This document shows positions 8,446 to 17,842 of a stretch of 64,000 nucleotides of DNA, piece after piece; position 1 is the first letter of the stretch; every line of letters begins with the position of its first letter. Below the pieces are notes generated by a model. That model did no database searches, had not been told where the DNA came from, and saw only the letters and a list, made by a program, of their open reading frames with translations. The position numbers and the translations under genes are program-made. Origin of the DNA: Chloroflexota bacterium (lineage in GTDB: Bacteria > Chloroflexota > Limnocylindria > Limnocylindrales > CSP1-4); assembly GCA_005880805.1 (NCBI GenBank), contig VBFZ01000026.1, positions 481-64,480 on the forward strand. Direction: 5' to 3'.

Positions 8446-9108
8446 TCAGAAGTTCGGCGGCGAGATTGCGGACACGATCTCCGCCTGCTCGTCGCCGAGC
8501 GCGCGGGCCTTGTGGGGCAGGCCCGAGTCGTAGTAGATCGAGTCGCCCTCATTGAGCTCGTACTCCACGTCGCCGACCTGGATCGCCACGCGCCCGCGCA
8601 GGACCAGCGCGCACTCCTCACCTTCGTGCGCCATCGCGGCGCTGTCGAGCCCGGGGAGGAGACGCACGATGATCATCTCGATCTTGTGGCGGACGTCGGG
8701 CGAAACCAGCTCATACGAAACCGGCGCGCCGGGTGGCCGGATGACCTTCCGTGACTCCCTGCGGACCACGAGGCCGTTCTCCTCCGGAGCGGTGAACAGG
8801 AGGAACACGGGCACCTCGAGCGCGGCCGCGATCGAGCGGAGGACCAGCAGCGAGGGATAGGCGAGCCCGCGCTCCACGCTGCTCAGGAAGCTTCGCGTGA
8901 TGCCCACGCGGCCGGCCAGGCCGGAGAGGGTCAGCCCGCGTTCTGTTCGGAGGGCCCGGATCCGGCGGCCGAGCTGGTCGTCGCGCTGGACGGCTGCTGC
9001 GCCCTGGCCTGCGGTCCCGCTCCGGCGTCCTGGACCGCGACGCGGACGCGCGGCAGGGATCGGTGTCGGTTCACCGGGAACGCGCCCCTGCCCCGTGGTC
9101 GCGGCCAT
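8446..9108 (-). CDS. XRE-family HTH transcriptional regulator with C-terminal cupin domain
   Basis: HTH (LRTERGLTLSGLAGRVGITRSFLSSVERG) plus cupin (GEECALVLRGRVAIQVGDVEYELNEGDSIYYDSGLPH). ATG at 9108 with AGGGGG upstream; the listed ORF 5' extension was rejected. Confidence 0.8.
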   Translation of the reverse strand: MAATTGQGRVPGEPTPIPAARPRRGPGRRSGTAGQGAAAVQRDDQLGRRIRALRTERGLTLSGLAGRVGITRSFLSSVERGLAYPSLLVLRSIAAALEVPVFLLFTAPEENGLVVRRESRKVIRPPGAPVSYELVSPDVRHKIEMIIVRLLPGLDSAAMAHEGEECALVLRGRVAIQVGDVEYELNEGDSIYYDSGLPHKARALGDEQAEIVSAISPPNF

Positions 9109-9136
9109 GAACGACCCCCTAGCCGGAGTGCCCGCC

Positions 9137-10168
9137 TCAGCGGACGGCGACGTCGACCGGCCGGGTCTCCGTGCCGTATTTGCGCGCGAAGTATGGCAGA
9201 ACCTCATCGCGGCAAACGCGCGCGACGATGTCCGGATCGGGGCTCATGTCCGCCCAGATGATGTGGTCGCAGCCGGCCTCGATGAACGCCTCGAACCGGC
9301 GAATGATCTCCTCGCCGGAGCTGGCCACGCAGAAGGCGGCCAGGAGCGCGTCGTCCTTGACGAGGAGCGCGCGCTGCTCGATGACGCGCGGATCCTGGAT
9401 GAACGTGTAGGCCTCCGGGATCAGCAGCCCGCCGTACACGCGCGCGCCTTCCAGCGCCTGCTCCATGCTCGGGTGGTAGGAGGTGCTGACCCAGGCGGAC
9501 CGGAAGCCCTCCGGCGTCCGCCGGCCGGCCTCGCTGGCCCCTCGCTCGAACGCCGGGGCGAGGACATCGTGATGGACGGATGGCGGCACGCCGACCGCCA
9601 CGTAACCATCCGCGAGCCGGCCCGCATTGGCCGCCATCTTCGGGCCACCGGCGGCGCAGATGATCGGGATGCGCCGGTCCGGCTTCTGATAGAGGTAGAA
9701 GAACGAGTCGAAGTAGCGGCCCTCGTGGCGGAAGTAATCCGGCTCCTCCCAGGCGCGGCGAATGAGGCCGATCGCCTCGACCAGCCGGTCGATCCGCTCG
9801 CGCAGCGGTGGCCAGACGCCTGTGGTCGTCTTCTCGTTCATCGCCTCCCCGGTCCCCACGCCGAGAGCGGTCCGGCCCGGGTACAGCAGCTCGAGGGTCG
9901 CCATCTCGATCGCCACGTCGATGGGCTGGTGCCGGACCCCGATCGGCGGGATGACCATCGGCCCGACCACCGCGCGCTCGGTGTTCGCCAGGAAGGCGGT
10001 GAGCGTCGCCCAGATGCCGGCGCTGTGGCCCGAGCTGTGCTGCCAGGGCAGGGTGTGGTCGCCCTCCCAGATGTGGGTGAAGCCCGCCTCCTCCAGGTCG
10101 CCGACGCGACGCACGTTGTCGCGCACGTCGTGGCAGAGGCACTCCGGGGAGATGCCGAAGGTGACCAT
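9137..10168 (-). CDS. Luciferase-like (LLM class) flavin/F420-dependent oxidoreductase
   Basis: MVTFGISPE...FTHIWEGDHT... is LLM-like. ATG 10168 overlaps the upstream stop as ATGA and has GGGAGGA upstream; the Arg-rich 99-aa extension of the listed ORF was rejected. Confidence 0.8.
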   Translation of the reverse strand: MVTFGISPECLCHDVRDNVRRVGDLEEAGFTHIWEGDHTLPWQHSSGHSAGIWATLTAFLANTERAVVGPMVIPPIGVRHQPIDVAIEMATLELLYPGRTALGVGTGEAMNEKTTTGVWPPLRERIDRLVEAIGLIRRAWEEPDYFRHEGRYFDSFFYLYQKPDRRIPIICAAGGPKMAANAGRLADGYVAVGVPPSVHHDVLAPAFERGASEAGRRTPEGFRSAWVSTSYHPSMEQALEGARVYGGLLIPEAYTFIQDPRVIEQRALLVKDDALLAAFCVASSGEEIIRRFEAFIEAGCDHIIWADMSPDPDIVARVCRDEVLPYFARKYGTETRPVDVAVR

Positions 10169-10587
10169 CACGTTCCTCCCACGGGCAGGCCGAGCTGCTG
10201 GAACAGCGACGCCGAGTCGTAGTAGACGATCTCGCGGGTGAACAGCTCGCCGTTGTGCTGGTAGACCGAGCAGGCCTTGATCCGGAACTGGCGGCCCGTC
10301 GGCGCGTGCCCGAGGAACTCGCCTTCGTGCGTCCCGATCAGGTCGTACTCCGCGACCACCGTCCGCTCGTCGCCCGCGACGCAGTGGCTGACCTCGATGT
10401 GGAGGTCCGGGAAGCCGCGGTAGAAGACGGCCATGAAGTCGCGCATCTCGGCCTTGCCCCGACACGGTTGCGGCACGGAGACGTCCTCGAAATAGACGTC
10501 GTCGGTGTAGTAGGCGAGGACGGCCTCGAGATCGCCCCGACTCAGGTCGGCGATCTCGTCAAGGACAGCTTGGCGAGGGTCCTGCAT
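10168..10587 (-). CDS. SnoaL-like / NTF2-fold protein (ketosteroid-isomerase-like)
   Basis: 139 aa with an NTF2-like pattern (LAYYTDDVYFEDVS...EVSHCVAGDERTVVAEYDL); GGAGG RBS. Confidence 0.65.
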   Translation of the reverse strand: MQDPRQAVLDEIADLSRGDLEAVLAYYTDDVYFEDVSVPQPCRGKAEMRDFMAVFYRGFPDLHIEVSHCVAGDERTVVAEYDLIGTHEGEFLGHAPTGRQFRIKACSVYQHNGELFTREIVYYDSASLFQQLGLPVGGT

Positions 10588-11512
10588 AGGGCACAGCCTC
10601 CGGCAATCCGAGCAGGCGCACCGCGGCGCCTCCGAAGAAGCTCTGCTCGTCGCTCTCGGTGATGAAGGGCTCCATGTCGTGGCGCTCCGTGTACTCGCGG
10701 ACTCGCCCGAAGAACTCCTTCCCCGTGTCGAACGGCACGTACGGGTAGTCCGTGCCCCACAGGAAACGGTTGAAGACGCCGAGCTTCTTGGCCCATGTCC
10801 AGATCTGGGCGACTCGCCAGAGGGGAGCGGACTCGGCCCAGAACGCGAAGTCGCCGTAGATGTGCTCGAACTTGGCCATGAAGTGCATCGTCTCTTCGGC
10901 CCAGGCGAAGCCGACGTGGCCGATGACGAGCTTGAGATTCGGGAAGTCGACCATCACGTCCTCGAGGTAGAGGGGATAGTCGTACGCGAGCATCTTGCCC
11001 TTCGGGAACATGCTCCATCCGGTGTGCGTGATGATCGGCACGCCCATCGCCTCGGCGGCCTCGAAGAGCGGCCAGATCCGCCGGTCGTTGAGAGCCACGT
11101 AGTTGTAGGAGGGCAGCATCTTGAGGCCCGTCAGACCTTGCTCCTTGATGCCCCGCTCGAAGCGGCGGACCTCGGCGTTGCCACCGATGGGGTTGGCGGT
11201 AAAGAAGCCGTACAGACGGTCCGGCCAGCGCTGGACGAGCGACTGGGCGTAGGCGCCGTTCTCGGGGTCATACGCATCCCAGGGCACGTAGCCGACTCCC
11301 AGCACGAACGCCCTGTCGATGCCGGCGGCATCCATGTCGGCGATCAGGCGTTCACCCGGGACGCAGAAGTCCTCGGGCTGCCACGGCTTGCCGGTGTGCC
11401 AGCAATCCTGGCCGCGGAACATGTTCACGTAGAACTCGCCGAGCTTGCGTGGGAAGTCCACGTCGAACCGCTGCATGTGCGTGTGGGTGTTGATCACGAG
11501 TCCGTCGGCCAT
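10559..11512 (-). CDS. Amidohydrolase-2 family metal-dependent hydrolase (TIM-barrel, COG2159-like)
   Basis: INTHTHM... and GHVGFAW motifs, C-terminal FLWGTDYPY; GGAGGAAG RBS. Confidence 0.8.
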   Translation of the reverse strand: MADGLVINTHTHMQRFDVDFPRKLGEFYVNMFRGQDCWHTGKPWQPEDFCVPGERLIADMDAAGIDRAFVLGVGYVPWDAYDPENGAYAQSLVQRWPDRLYGFFTANPIGGNAEVRRFERGIKEQGLTGLKMLPSYNYVALNDRRIWPLFEAAEAMGVPIITHTGWSMFPKGKMLAYDYPLYLEDVMVDFPNLKLVIGHVGFAWAEETMHFMAKFEHIYGDFAFWAESAPLWRVAQIWTWAKKLGVFNRFLWGTDYPYVPFDTGKEFFGRVREYTERHDMEPFITESDEQSFFGGAAVRLLGLPEAVPYAGPSPSCP

Positions 11513-11549
11513 GGCTTCCTCCGTGTGCTGGTGACTCCTTCGTTCGTGC

Positions 11550-13205
11550 TCAGGCGTCCGGGCCGCCCCGGCGGACCACCTGCCCCGCTCGTGCCGCGCT
11601 GTCGACCACGCCGTCGCGGACGACCGGCGAGCCGTTGACGAGGACGTGCTCGATGCCGGCCGGGGCGGCGCTCGGCTGCCGGTAGGTCGTCCGGTCGTCG
11701 ACCGTCCGCGGGTCGAAGACGACGACGTCCGCGAAGTTGCCCTCCCGAAGGGTGCCCCGCTTGCGCAGCCCCACCCGCTGGGCGGGCAGTGACGTCGACT
11801 TGCGGACTGCCTCCTCGAGGCTGAACAGGCGGCGCTCGCGGACGAAGTGGCCGAGGACGCGGGGGAACGTCCCGTAGGCTGCGGGGTGGGGCTTGCCGCG
11901 GCCGGTCAGGATCGCGTCGCTCTCGGCCGCCCCCAGCGGGTGCCGGAGCAGCTTTTCCAGCCCGGCCTCCTCCTCGAGCTCGCCCGACACGCCGAAGTAG
12001 AGGGCCATCGCATGGCCGTTCTCCTCGAGCACGAGGTCGGCGGCGACGTCGAACGGGTGGACGCCCCTCGCGTCGCCGATCTCCGCCAGGGAGCGACCCT
12101 CCAGCGGCTTGTTGCGCTCGCTCTCGACCCACATGATCGAAACGTTCTGCCAGCCGGTCGCCTCGACGAGGTTGTGCGGCCAACCGCCTGGCGTCCAGCA
12201 CGGCCAGCCAGGCACGTCCTCCTCGATGGAACGGCGGATCCGCGCACGCACTTCGTTGTCGCGGAGTCGCTCCAGGAGCCCGTCGACGCCGCCGGCGAGC
12301 GCCCAGGGCGGGAAGATCGCGAGCAGCGTTGTGTTCGCAGCAATGTACGGGATGACATCGAAGCCGCTGTCGACGCCCCGCTCGCGGGCTCCCTCGTGCA
12401 GCTCGATGATCGCGTCGATCTTCGGCCAGTTCGGCCGCCCGAACGCCTCGATGTGCGAGTGCTGCGCGGGTACGCCGTTGACCTCTCCGACACGGATCAC
12501 CTCCTTCGTCGCGGGAAGGAGCGTCTCGCTCGAACCACGGATGTGGCTGGCGTACAGCGCGCCGAACGGCTCGAGCTCGGCGGCCAGGTCTTCGATTTCC
12601 TCGGGCGGAGCGAAGATCCCCGGCGCATACAGCAGCCCGCTCGAGAGGCCCCAGGCCCCTTCCTCGAGCGCCTTGCGCAGCTGGTCGCGCATGCGGGTGC
12701 GCTCGTCGGGCGTGAGCTGGCGGCCCTCGAACCCGACCTCGTGGATTCGCAGCGCGCCATGGGCCACCAGCGGGACGACGTTGAACATCGTCCCGTGCTG
12801 GTCGAGGTAGTCCAGGTATTCGCCAAAGCCGGTCCACCCTGAGGGCAAATCGCCCGCGCGCAGGAAGGTCGTGTAGCTCTCGAGCTGCGCCCGCGTTGCC
12901 GGGTTGATCGGGGCGGGAGAGTACCCGCAGTTCCCCGTGACGAGGGTGGTGATGCCCTGCCCGGCGAACGGCGCAAGGGTGTCACCGTGCGTCGAGTCCG
13001 CCAGGACGAAGTCGCTGTGGGAGTGGATGTCGATGAAGCCGGGCGCGACGACTCGATCGGTGGCATCGATCTCGAGCTCGCCGCGCCCGTCACCGAGGCG
13101 GCCCACGGCCGCGATCTTCCCGTCCGAGATGCCAAGGTCGGCCGGGAACCAGGGGTTTCCGGTTCCGTCGACGACCCGGCCGTTTCTGATGACGACGTCG
13201 AACAT
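11550..13205 (-). CDS. D-aminoacylase (N-acyl-D-amino-acid deacylase) family amidohydrolase
   Basis: MFDVVIRNGRVVDGTGNPWF...GFIDIHSHSD...VTGNCGYSP motifs typical of the D-aminoacylase family. Confidence 0.8.
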   Translation of the reverse strand: MFDVVIRNGRVVDGTGNPWFPADLGISDGKIAAVGRLGDGRGELEIDATDRVVAPGFIDIHSHSDFVLADSTHGDTLAPFAGQGITTLVTGNCGYSPAPINPATRAQLESYTTFLRAGDLPSGWTGFGEYLDYLDQHGTMFNVVPLVAHGALRIHEVGFEGRQLTPDERTRMRDQLRKALEEGAWGLSSGLLYAPGIFAPPEEIEDLAAELEPFGALYASHIRGSSETLLPATKEVIRVGEVNGVPAQHSHIEAFGRPNWPKIDAIIELHEGARERGVDSGFDVIPYIAANTTLLAIFPPWALAGGVDGLLERLRDNEVRARIRRSIEEDVPGWPCWTPGGWPHNLVEATGWQNVSIMWVESERNKPLEGRSLAEIGDARGVHPFDVAADLVLEENGHAMALYFGVSGELEEEAGLEKLLRHPLGAAESDAILTGRGKPHPAAYGTFPRVLGHFVRERRLFSLEEAVRKSTSLPAQRVGLRKRGTLREGNFADVVVFDPRTVDDRTTYRQPSAAPAGIEHVLVNGSPVVRDGVVDSAARAGQVVRRGGPDA

Positions 13206-13277
13206 GGCCTCCTCGGGCGTTTCGATCGCGTGCCTTCTCCAGAGGTAGATGAGGTGCGCGGCCGAAGCCGCGCGCCG

Positions 13278-14744
13278 TCAGAACCCGGGGTTGGCCTTCA
13301 GGAAGGCGTCGATCTCGGCCTGGGCCTTCTTGTGTTCGGCCGCCGGATCGGAGCCATGGAACGCGGCCGAAACGGCAGCCTCCACGACGTCCGAGATCTT
13401 CTGGTACGCGGCACGCGTGCCGTACCGATTGCCCTTGAACTCCTGCTGCTTGAAGGTGACCTCGACGGCCGGCTTGTCGGCAGCCGGAATCGAGGCGTCG
13501 GTGTACGGCGCGGTGTACGAGGGGTAGCCACTCTCGTCGGCGGCCTCGAACGTGTGGAGCTCCTCGCGGCGCGTCAGCAGCCCGAGCTGTGTCGCGGCGT
13601 TGGAGTAGTGCTTGATGAGGTCGAGCGCGGCCTCCTTGTAGGGGCTGGTCTTGGGGATGCCGAAGCACTCGCCGACGAACTGGCCGCCCGACTGGGGCAG
13701 GCTGCCGCCGTAGCCGGGGATGATCGAGACCTCGACCGGATCGCTGCCCAGCGCCGACAGGTTCGGGTCGCGGGCCTCGTACCAGATGTGCTGGTAGTCG
13801 ATGATCATCGCGGCCTTGCCGCCCAGGAAGACCTTCTTCGCCTCGACGTCATAGATGCCCCACGGCGACTCGATGACGTCCTTGGGCATGGTCGGCAGGA
13901 GCTCGATCATGTCCTTCGTGGCCTTGATCGCGATGGGGTCGTCGAACTTCACCTCGCCGTTGGGTCCGTACAGGTCACCGCCATTGAGGTGGTACCACAC
14001 GCACCACTTGGGGAACAGGTAGAGCGGCGCCCAGCCGTCCACGTAGCCGTACGTGTCGCCCGACCGGAACTTCTTCGCCGCCGCCTGGAAGTCGGCGTAC
14101 GTCTTCGGGATCGCGACGCCGGCGTCCGCGAACATCTTCTTGTTGCAGTACAGGACGTAGGTGTAGACGTTGCTCGGCAGGCCGTACCACTTGCCGCTGG
14201 CCGACTTGCCGGCCTCGATGGCGACCTTCAGCATGCCGCTCTCGTCGACGGTATGGCCGAGGTCGGCGAGTGGCGTCAGGTACTTCTCGTAAAGGTCGAC
14301 CCACGCGCGCCAGAGATACGCCACGTCCCAGCTCTCGCCGCCGCTTTCGAACGCGGGAGTCAGCTTCAGCGGGAGCGGCCCGAAGGCCTCGCGGGTGAAT
14401 TCCACCTTCACGCCGGTCCGCTTCTCCCAGTCGGGCGTGACCATCGCGTAGAAGCCGGTGTGGTTCGCGAGCAGGACCTTGAGCGGCCGCGTGAGGTTGA
14501 ATGAAGGCGCGGTCGACGCGGCAGCACTGGGGGATGGGCTCGCGGCGGCAGAGGCCGCCGTGGATGCGGCAGGCGATGGACTGGCCGCCCCGGAACACGC
14601 GGCGAGCGCGGCGCCGATGCCGGCGAAGGCGCTGCCCTGCAGGAACCGCCGGCGGGTGATGTCCCTCGTCAGCATGTCGTTGAGCTGGCTCGGCCCTTGT
14701 TTGTGCTCGTCCATGACTTCCTCCTCGATCACTGGCGTATCCAT
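13278..14744 (-). CDS. ABC transporter substrate-binding lipoprotein (family-1, sugar-type) with Tat signal
   Basis: TRRRFLQGSAFAGIGAALAACSG (twin-arginine motif + lipobox). An alternative start exists 30 nt downstream (14714), created by a duplicated RBS+ATG. Confidence 0.85.
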   Translation of the reverse strand: MDTPVIEEEVMDEHKQGPSQLNDMLTRDITRRRFLQGSAFAGIGAALAACSGAASPSPAASTAASAAASPSPSAAASTAPSFNLTRPLKVLLANHTGFYAMVTPDWEKRTGVKVEFTREAFGPLPLKLTPAFESGGESWDVAYLWRAWVDLYEKYLTPLADLGHTVDESGMLKVAIEAGKSASGKWYGLPSNVYTYVLYCNKKMFADAGVAIPKTYADFQAAAKKFRSGDTYGYVDGWAPLYLFPKWCVWYHLNGGDLYGPNGEVKFDDPIAIKATKDMIELLPTMPKDVIESPWGIYDVEAKKVFLGGKAAMIIDYQHIWYEARDPNLSALGSDPVEVSIIPGYGGSLPQSGGQFVGECFGIPKTSPYKEAALDLIKHYSNAATQLGLLTRREELHTFEAADESGYPSYTAPYTDASIPAADKPAVEVTFKQQEFKGNRYGTRAAYQKISDVVEAAVSAAFHGSDPAAEHKKAQAEIDAFLKANPGF

Positions 14745-14784
14745 GACTTCCTCCTCCGAAGTCGGTGTTGCCGTCCGTGGCCGC

Positions 14785-15786
14785 CTACTTGACGGCCCCT
14801 TCGCCGAGTCCGCGGATGAGATAGCGCTGCATCAGGAGGGCGATCGTCAGGACCGGCAGCGAGGCGATCAGCCCGGCCATCGACAGCTGGGGTTCGATTC
14901 GGTTGATGGGATCCATGAGGTTCACGATCGCGGGCGCGAGCATCGGGGTGCTGCCCACGTAGAGCACCTTGGAGACCAGCAGGTCGTTCCAGGACAGTAC
15001 GAACCCGAACACCGCGGCGGTCACCACGCTGGGCACCGTCAGCGGCAGGACGACCCGGCGCAGCGCCTGCAGCCGGCTGGCGCCGTCGATTCGCGCGGCG
15101 TGCTCGAGCTCGGGCTCGACGCCCTCGAACGTCCCGATCAGGATCCACGTGACCAGCGGGACGGTGAGCGCGATGTGACCGATCGCCATCCCGGGCAGCG
15201 TGTCGATCAGGTGAAGGCCCTTGAAGATCGCGACGAGCGGCACGAGGATCGCGACGCCCGGCAGCATGTAGGCGATCATCACGGCGGTGTACGTCGCGCT
15301 TCGGGCGGGAAACCGAAGCCGGGCAATCGCGTAGGCCCCCAGGGTCCCGAGCAGCGTCGTGACAATCGCGGCTGTTGTTGAGACCAGCAGGCTGTTCCGC
15401 AGTCCTTCCTCGAAGTACGGGATCCGCATCAGCTGGTCGAAGGCGACCGTCGTCGGGCTCGGCGGGATCACGTGCGGTCCGGTGAGCAGGTCGACGCGCC
15501 GCTGGAAGGCCCCGAGCACCACGACGAACCCGAACGGCACGACGATCACGACCAGGACGCCGATGGCCAGGATCCAGGCCACGACGCGCGCGCCCAGGTC
15601 CTGGCGGAGCGCGTTGAGGCCCTGCCACAGGAGCGCGAGGCCGGCCAGCGTGGCCACGGCCCAGGCCCAGAACGGAAAGCCGAACGGTCGCGCGATCTGC
15701 AGCAGCTCGAGGAGCGCGGCGGCGAGGACGAGGCCGCCGCCGGCGACGGCGGCTGCTCGAGCCAGGCGCGGATCGGACGCGTTCAC
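14785..15786 (-). CDS. ABC transporter permease (MalG-like, carbohydrate type)
   Basis: EAA-type loop IDGASRLQALRRVVLPL; GTG 15786 overlaps the stop of the upstream permease (GTGA). The listed 658-aa ORF is a read-through artefact. Confidence 0.75.
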   Translation of the reverse strand: MNASDPRLARAAAVAGGGLVLAAALLELLQIARPFGFPFWAWAVATLAGLALLWQGLNALRQDLGARVVAWILAIGVLVVIVVPFGFVVVLGAFQRRVDLLTGPHVIPPSPTTVAFDQLMRIPYFEEGLRNSLLVSTTAAIVTTLLGTLGAYAIARLRFPARSATYTAVMIAYMLPGVAILVPLVAIFKGLHLIDTLPGMAIGHIALTVPLVTWILIGTFEGVEPELEHAARIDGASRLQALRRVVLPLTVPSVVTAAVFGFVLSWNDLLVSKVLYVGSTPMLAPAIVNLMDPINRIEPQLSMAGLIASLPVLTIALLMQRYLIRGLGEGAVK

Positions 15787-16721
15787 GACAGGATCGACCT
15801 CGCTCGACCCCTGGTGAGCAGCAGGGCGAGCACGACCACAAAGCCCGTGACGATGTACGCCAGGACGGCCCCGTACCCGAAGTCGGTCTGCTCGAAGGTC
15901 GTCTTGAACGTGTAGAAGTAGACGTTGTAGGTGGAGTAGCGGCCGGGTCCGCCGCCTGTGAGCGCGAAGATCAGGTCGAAGAGCTGGACCGTGATCAGGA
16001 CCTGAATGATGATCGCGGCCACGATCGTCGGCCGCAGGAAGGGCAGCACCACGTAACGGAAGCGCCGCCAGCGACTCGCCCCATCGATGCGCGCCGCCTG
16101 GATCGTCTCGTTGGGGAGGTACTGCAACGCGACGAGGAACATGAGCGCGAGGAGAGGCATGGTCTTCCAGATGTGGATGGCCGTGAGCATGTAGAGCGTC
16201 CCGGGCACGCCGCCCAGGAAGATCGGCGACTGGTCGACGAGCCCGGCGTTCACGAGCCACTGGCCCAGCAGTCCCCGCCGGGAGTCGAGGAACCACTGGA
16301 ACATCGCGGCCACGACCACCGGCGGTAGCGCCCAGGGGATGAGCAGAGCGGCGCGGACGATGCGCCGGCCGGGGAATCGCTCGTTCAGGACGAGGGCGAC
16401 GCCGAGGCCGACCAGGACGCCCAGCACGGCCGCCGGGATCACGTACATCAGGGTCTGGACGACGGCCTGGCTGAAGATCGGGTCGGACGCGATCCTGGCC
16501 CAGTTCGCAAGACCCACGAACGCGCCGAGCTGGCCGGGCGCGGCACCCCGCCCCGACACCGTGAGAAGCAACGAGTAGAGGACCGGGTAGCCGACCAGTC
16601 CGACGAACAGCAGCGCCGTCGGCACCAGGAACAGCAGCGCGTAGGCCTGGCTCTCGCGGCGGATCGACAGCCGGCTGAACCGGTTGCCCATCGTCCGCGC
16701 GGTGGCGACGCCGGACGCCAT
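15783..16721 (-). CDS. ABC transporter permease (MalF-like, carbohydrate type)
   Basis: ARIDGASRWRRFRYVVLPFLRP; ATG overlaps the ATPase stop (ATGA). Confidence 0.85.
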   Translation of the reverse strand: MASGVATARTMGNRFSRLSIRRESQAYALLFLVPTALLFVGLVGYPVLYSLLLTVSGRGAAPGQLGAFVGLANWARIASDPIFSQAVVQTLMYVIPAAVLGVLVGLGVALVLNERFPGRRIVRAALLIPWALPPVVVAAMFQWFLDSRRGLLGQWLVNAGLVDQSPIFLGGVPGTLYMLTAIHIWKTMPLLALMFLVALQYLPNETIQAARIDGASRWRRFRYVVLPFLRPTIVAAIIIQVLITVQLFDLIFALTGGGPGRYSTYNVYFYTFKTTFEQTDFGYGAVLAYIVTGFVVVLALLLTRGRARSILS

Positions 16722-17842
16722 CAGACAGCCACGTCCCAGGAACGGACGGTGGCTGGCTCATCCTCGACCACGATCCGCTCGCCCGAGGTGGCGTCGAAGA
16801 AGTGCAGCAGCGACCGGACGAAGGTCACACCGACCTCGTCGCCGACCCCGACGACGTGCTCCCCCGGGACGCGGGCGCGCAGGCTCACGTCGCCGACCGA
16901 GACCGTCGCGTAGAGGTCCGGCGCCACGACCTCGGTGAGGGTCACCTTGCCAACCATCGGTGCGCCACGCGACGAGGAGATCGTCACTCCTTCGGGGCGG
17001 ACGCCGACCACGACCGGCCCGGCCGGCAGACCCCGCCGGCCCGCGAGATCGACCCACACCGGGCCGGAATCGAAGCGCAGTCGCCCCTCTTCCTCGCGGA
17101 TCTCGCCGCGCACGAAGCTCATTGGCAGCCGTCCAACGAAGGACGCCACGAACCGGTTCGCGGGCCGTCGGTAGATCGCCGTCGGCGTGTCGTACTGCTG
17201 GACCGAGCCGCGCGCCATCAGCACGACGCGGTCACTCATGGCCTCCGCGTCGTCCTGATCGTGGGTGACATAGATGAAGGTCGCGCCGAGGCGCTGGTGG
17301 ATGCGCTTGAGCTCCTCGCGCGTCGTCGCTCGCAGGTTCGCGTCGAGGTTGCTGATCGGCTCGTCGAGCAGGAAGACCTTGGGGCTGCGGACGATCGCGC
17401 GGCCGAGCGCGACCCGCTGACGCTCGCCGCCGCTCAGCGCGCGGGGCTGGCGATCCAGGAGGCCCCGGATGCCGAGCATCTCGGCCACCTCTTCGACATG
17501 CCGGTAGCGCTCCTGCCGGCCGAGGCCCCGCAGCATCAGCGGGAAGGCGATGTTGTCCCGCGCGTTCATGTTCGGATAGAGCGCGTAAGACTGGAACACC
17601 ATGGCGACGTCCCGGCGCTCCGGGGTGACGTTGGTGATGTCCGCGCCATCCATGAGGATCCGGCCGGACGTCACCTCCTCGATCCCTGCCAGCAGTTTGA
17701 GGATCGTGCTCTTGCCCGATCCGGACGGCCCGAGGATGCAGGTGAACAGCCCGTCCTCGAACGTCAACGACGTCTCCTGCACGGCGTCGGCCGCCAGGCC
17801 CGGGTAGCGCTTGACGACGCGATCGAGCCGGACCTCAGCCAC
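16721..17842 (-). CDS. ABC transporter ATP-binding protein (MalK/UgpC-like, with C-terminal TOBE-like domain)
   Basis: Walker A GPSGSGKST, signature [14 protein letters not shown], Walker B FLLDEP; GTG start with GGGAGGGG upstream. Confidence 0.9.
   Translation of the reverse strand: MAEVRLDRVVKRYPGLAADAVQETSLTFEDGLFTCILGPSGSGKSTILKLLAGIEEVTSGRILMDGADITNVTPERRDVAMVFQSYALYPNMNARDNIAFPLMLRGLGRQERYRHVEEVAEMLGIRGLLDRQPRALSGGERQRVALGRAIVRSPKVFLLDEPISNLDANLRATTREELKRIHQRLGATFIYVTHDQDDAEAMSDRVVLMARGSVQQYDTPTAIYRRPANRFVASFVGRLPMSFVRGEIREEEGRLRFDSGPVWVDLAGRRGLPAGPVVVGVRPEGVTISSSRGAPMVGKVTLTEVVAPDLYATVSVGDVSLRARVPGEHVVGVGDEVGVTFVRSLLHFFDATSGERIVVEDEPATVRSWDVAV

Noticed and set aside
4945-8754. 1269-aa plus-strand ORF
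   Set aside because: Arg/Gly/Asp-rich low-complexity translation lying antisense to three well-supported minus-strand genes (FAD oxidase, GHKL-HExxH protein, XRE-cupin regulator). This is a typical stop-codon-poor artefact of ~70% GC.
9137-10465. 442-aa ORF for the LLM oxidoreductase
   Set aside because: The 99-aa Arg/Pro-rich leader overlaps the SnoaL-like gene. The ATG at 10168 (ATGA coupling, GGGAGGA RBS) is the real start.
11494-13668. Long antisense ORFs over the D-aminoacylase/amidohydrolase genes (e.g. 11494..12837, 11847..12842, 12987..14504)
   Set aside because: Low-complexity Arg/Gly/Pro-rich products antisense to genes with clear catalytic motifs.
14785-16761. 658-aa minus-strand ORF
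   Set aside because: Only the C-terminal ~333 aa are a real MalG-like permease, starting at GTG 15786. The upstream part reads through the MalF-like permease gene in a different frame.
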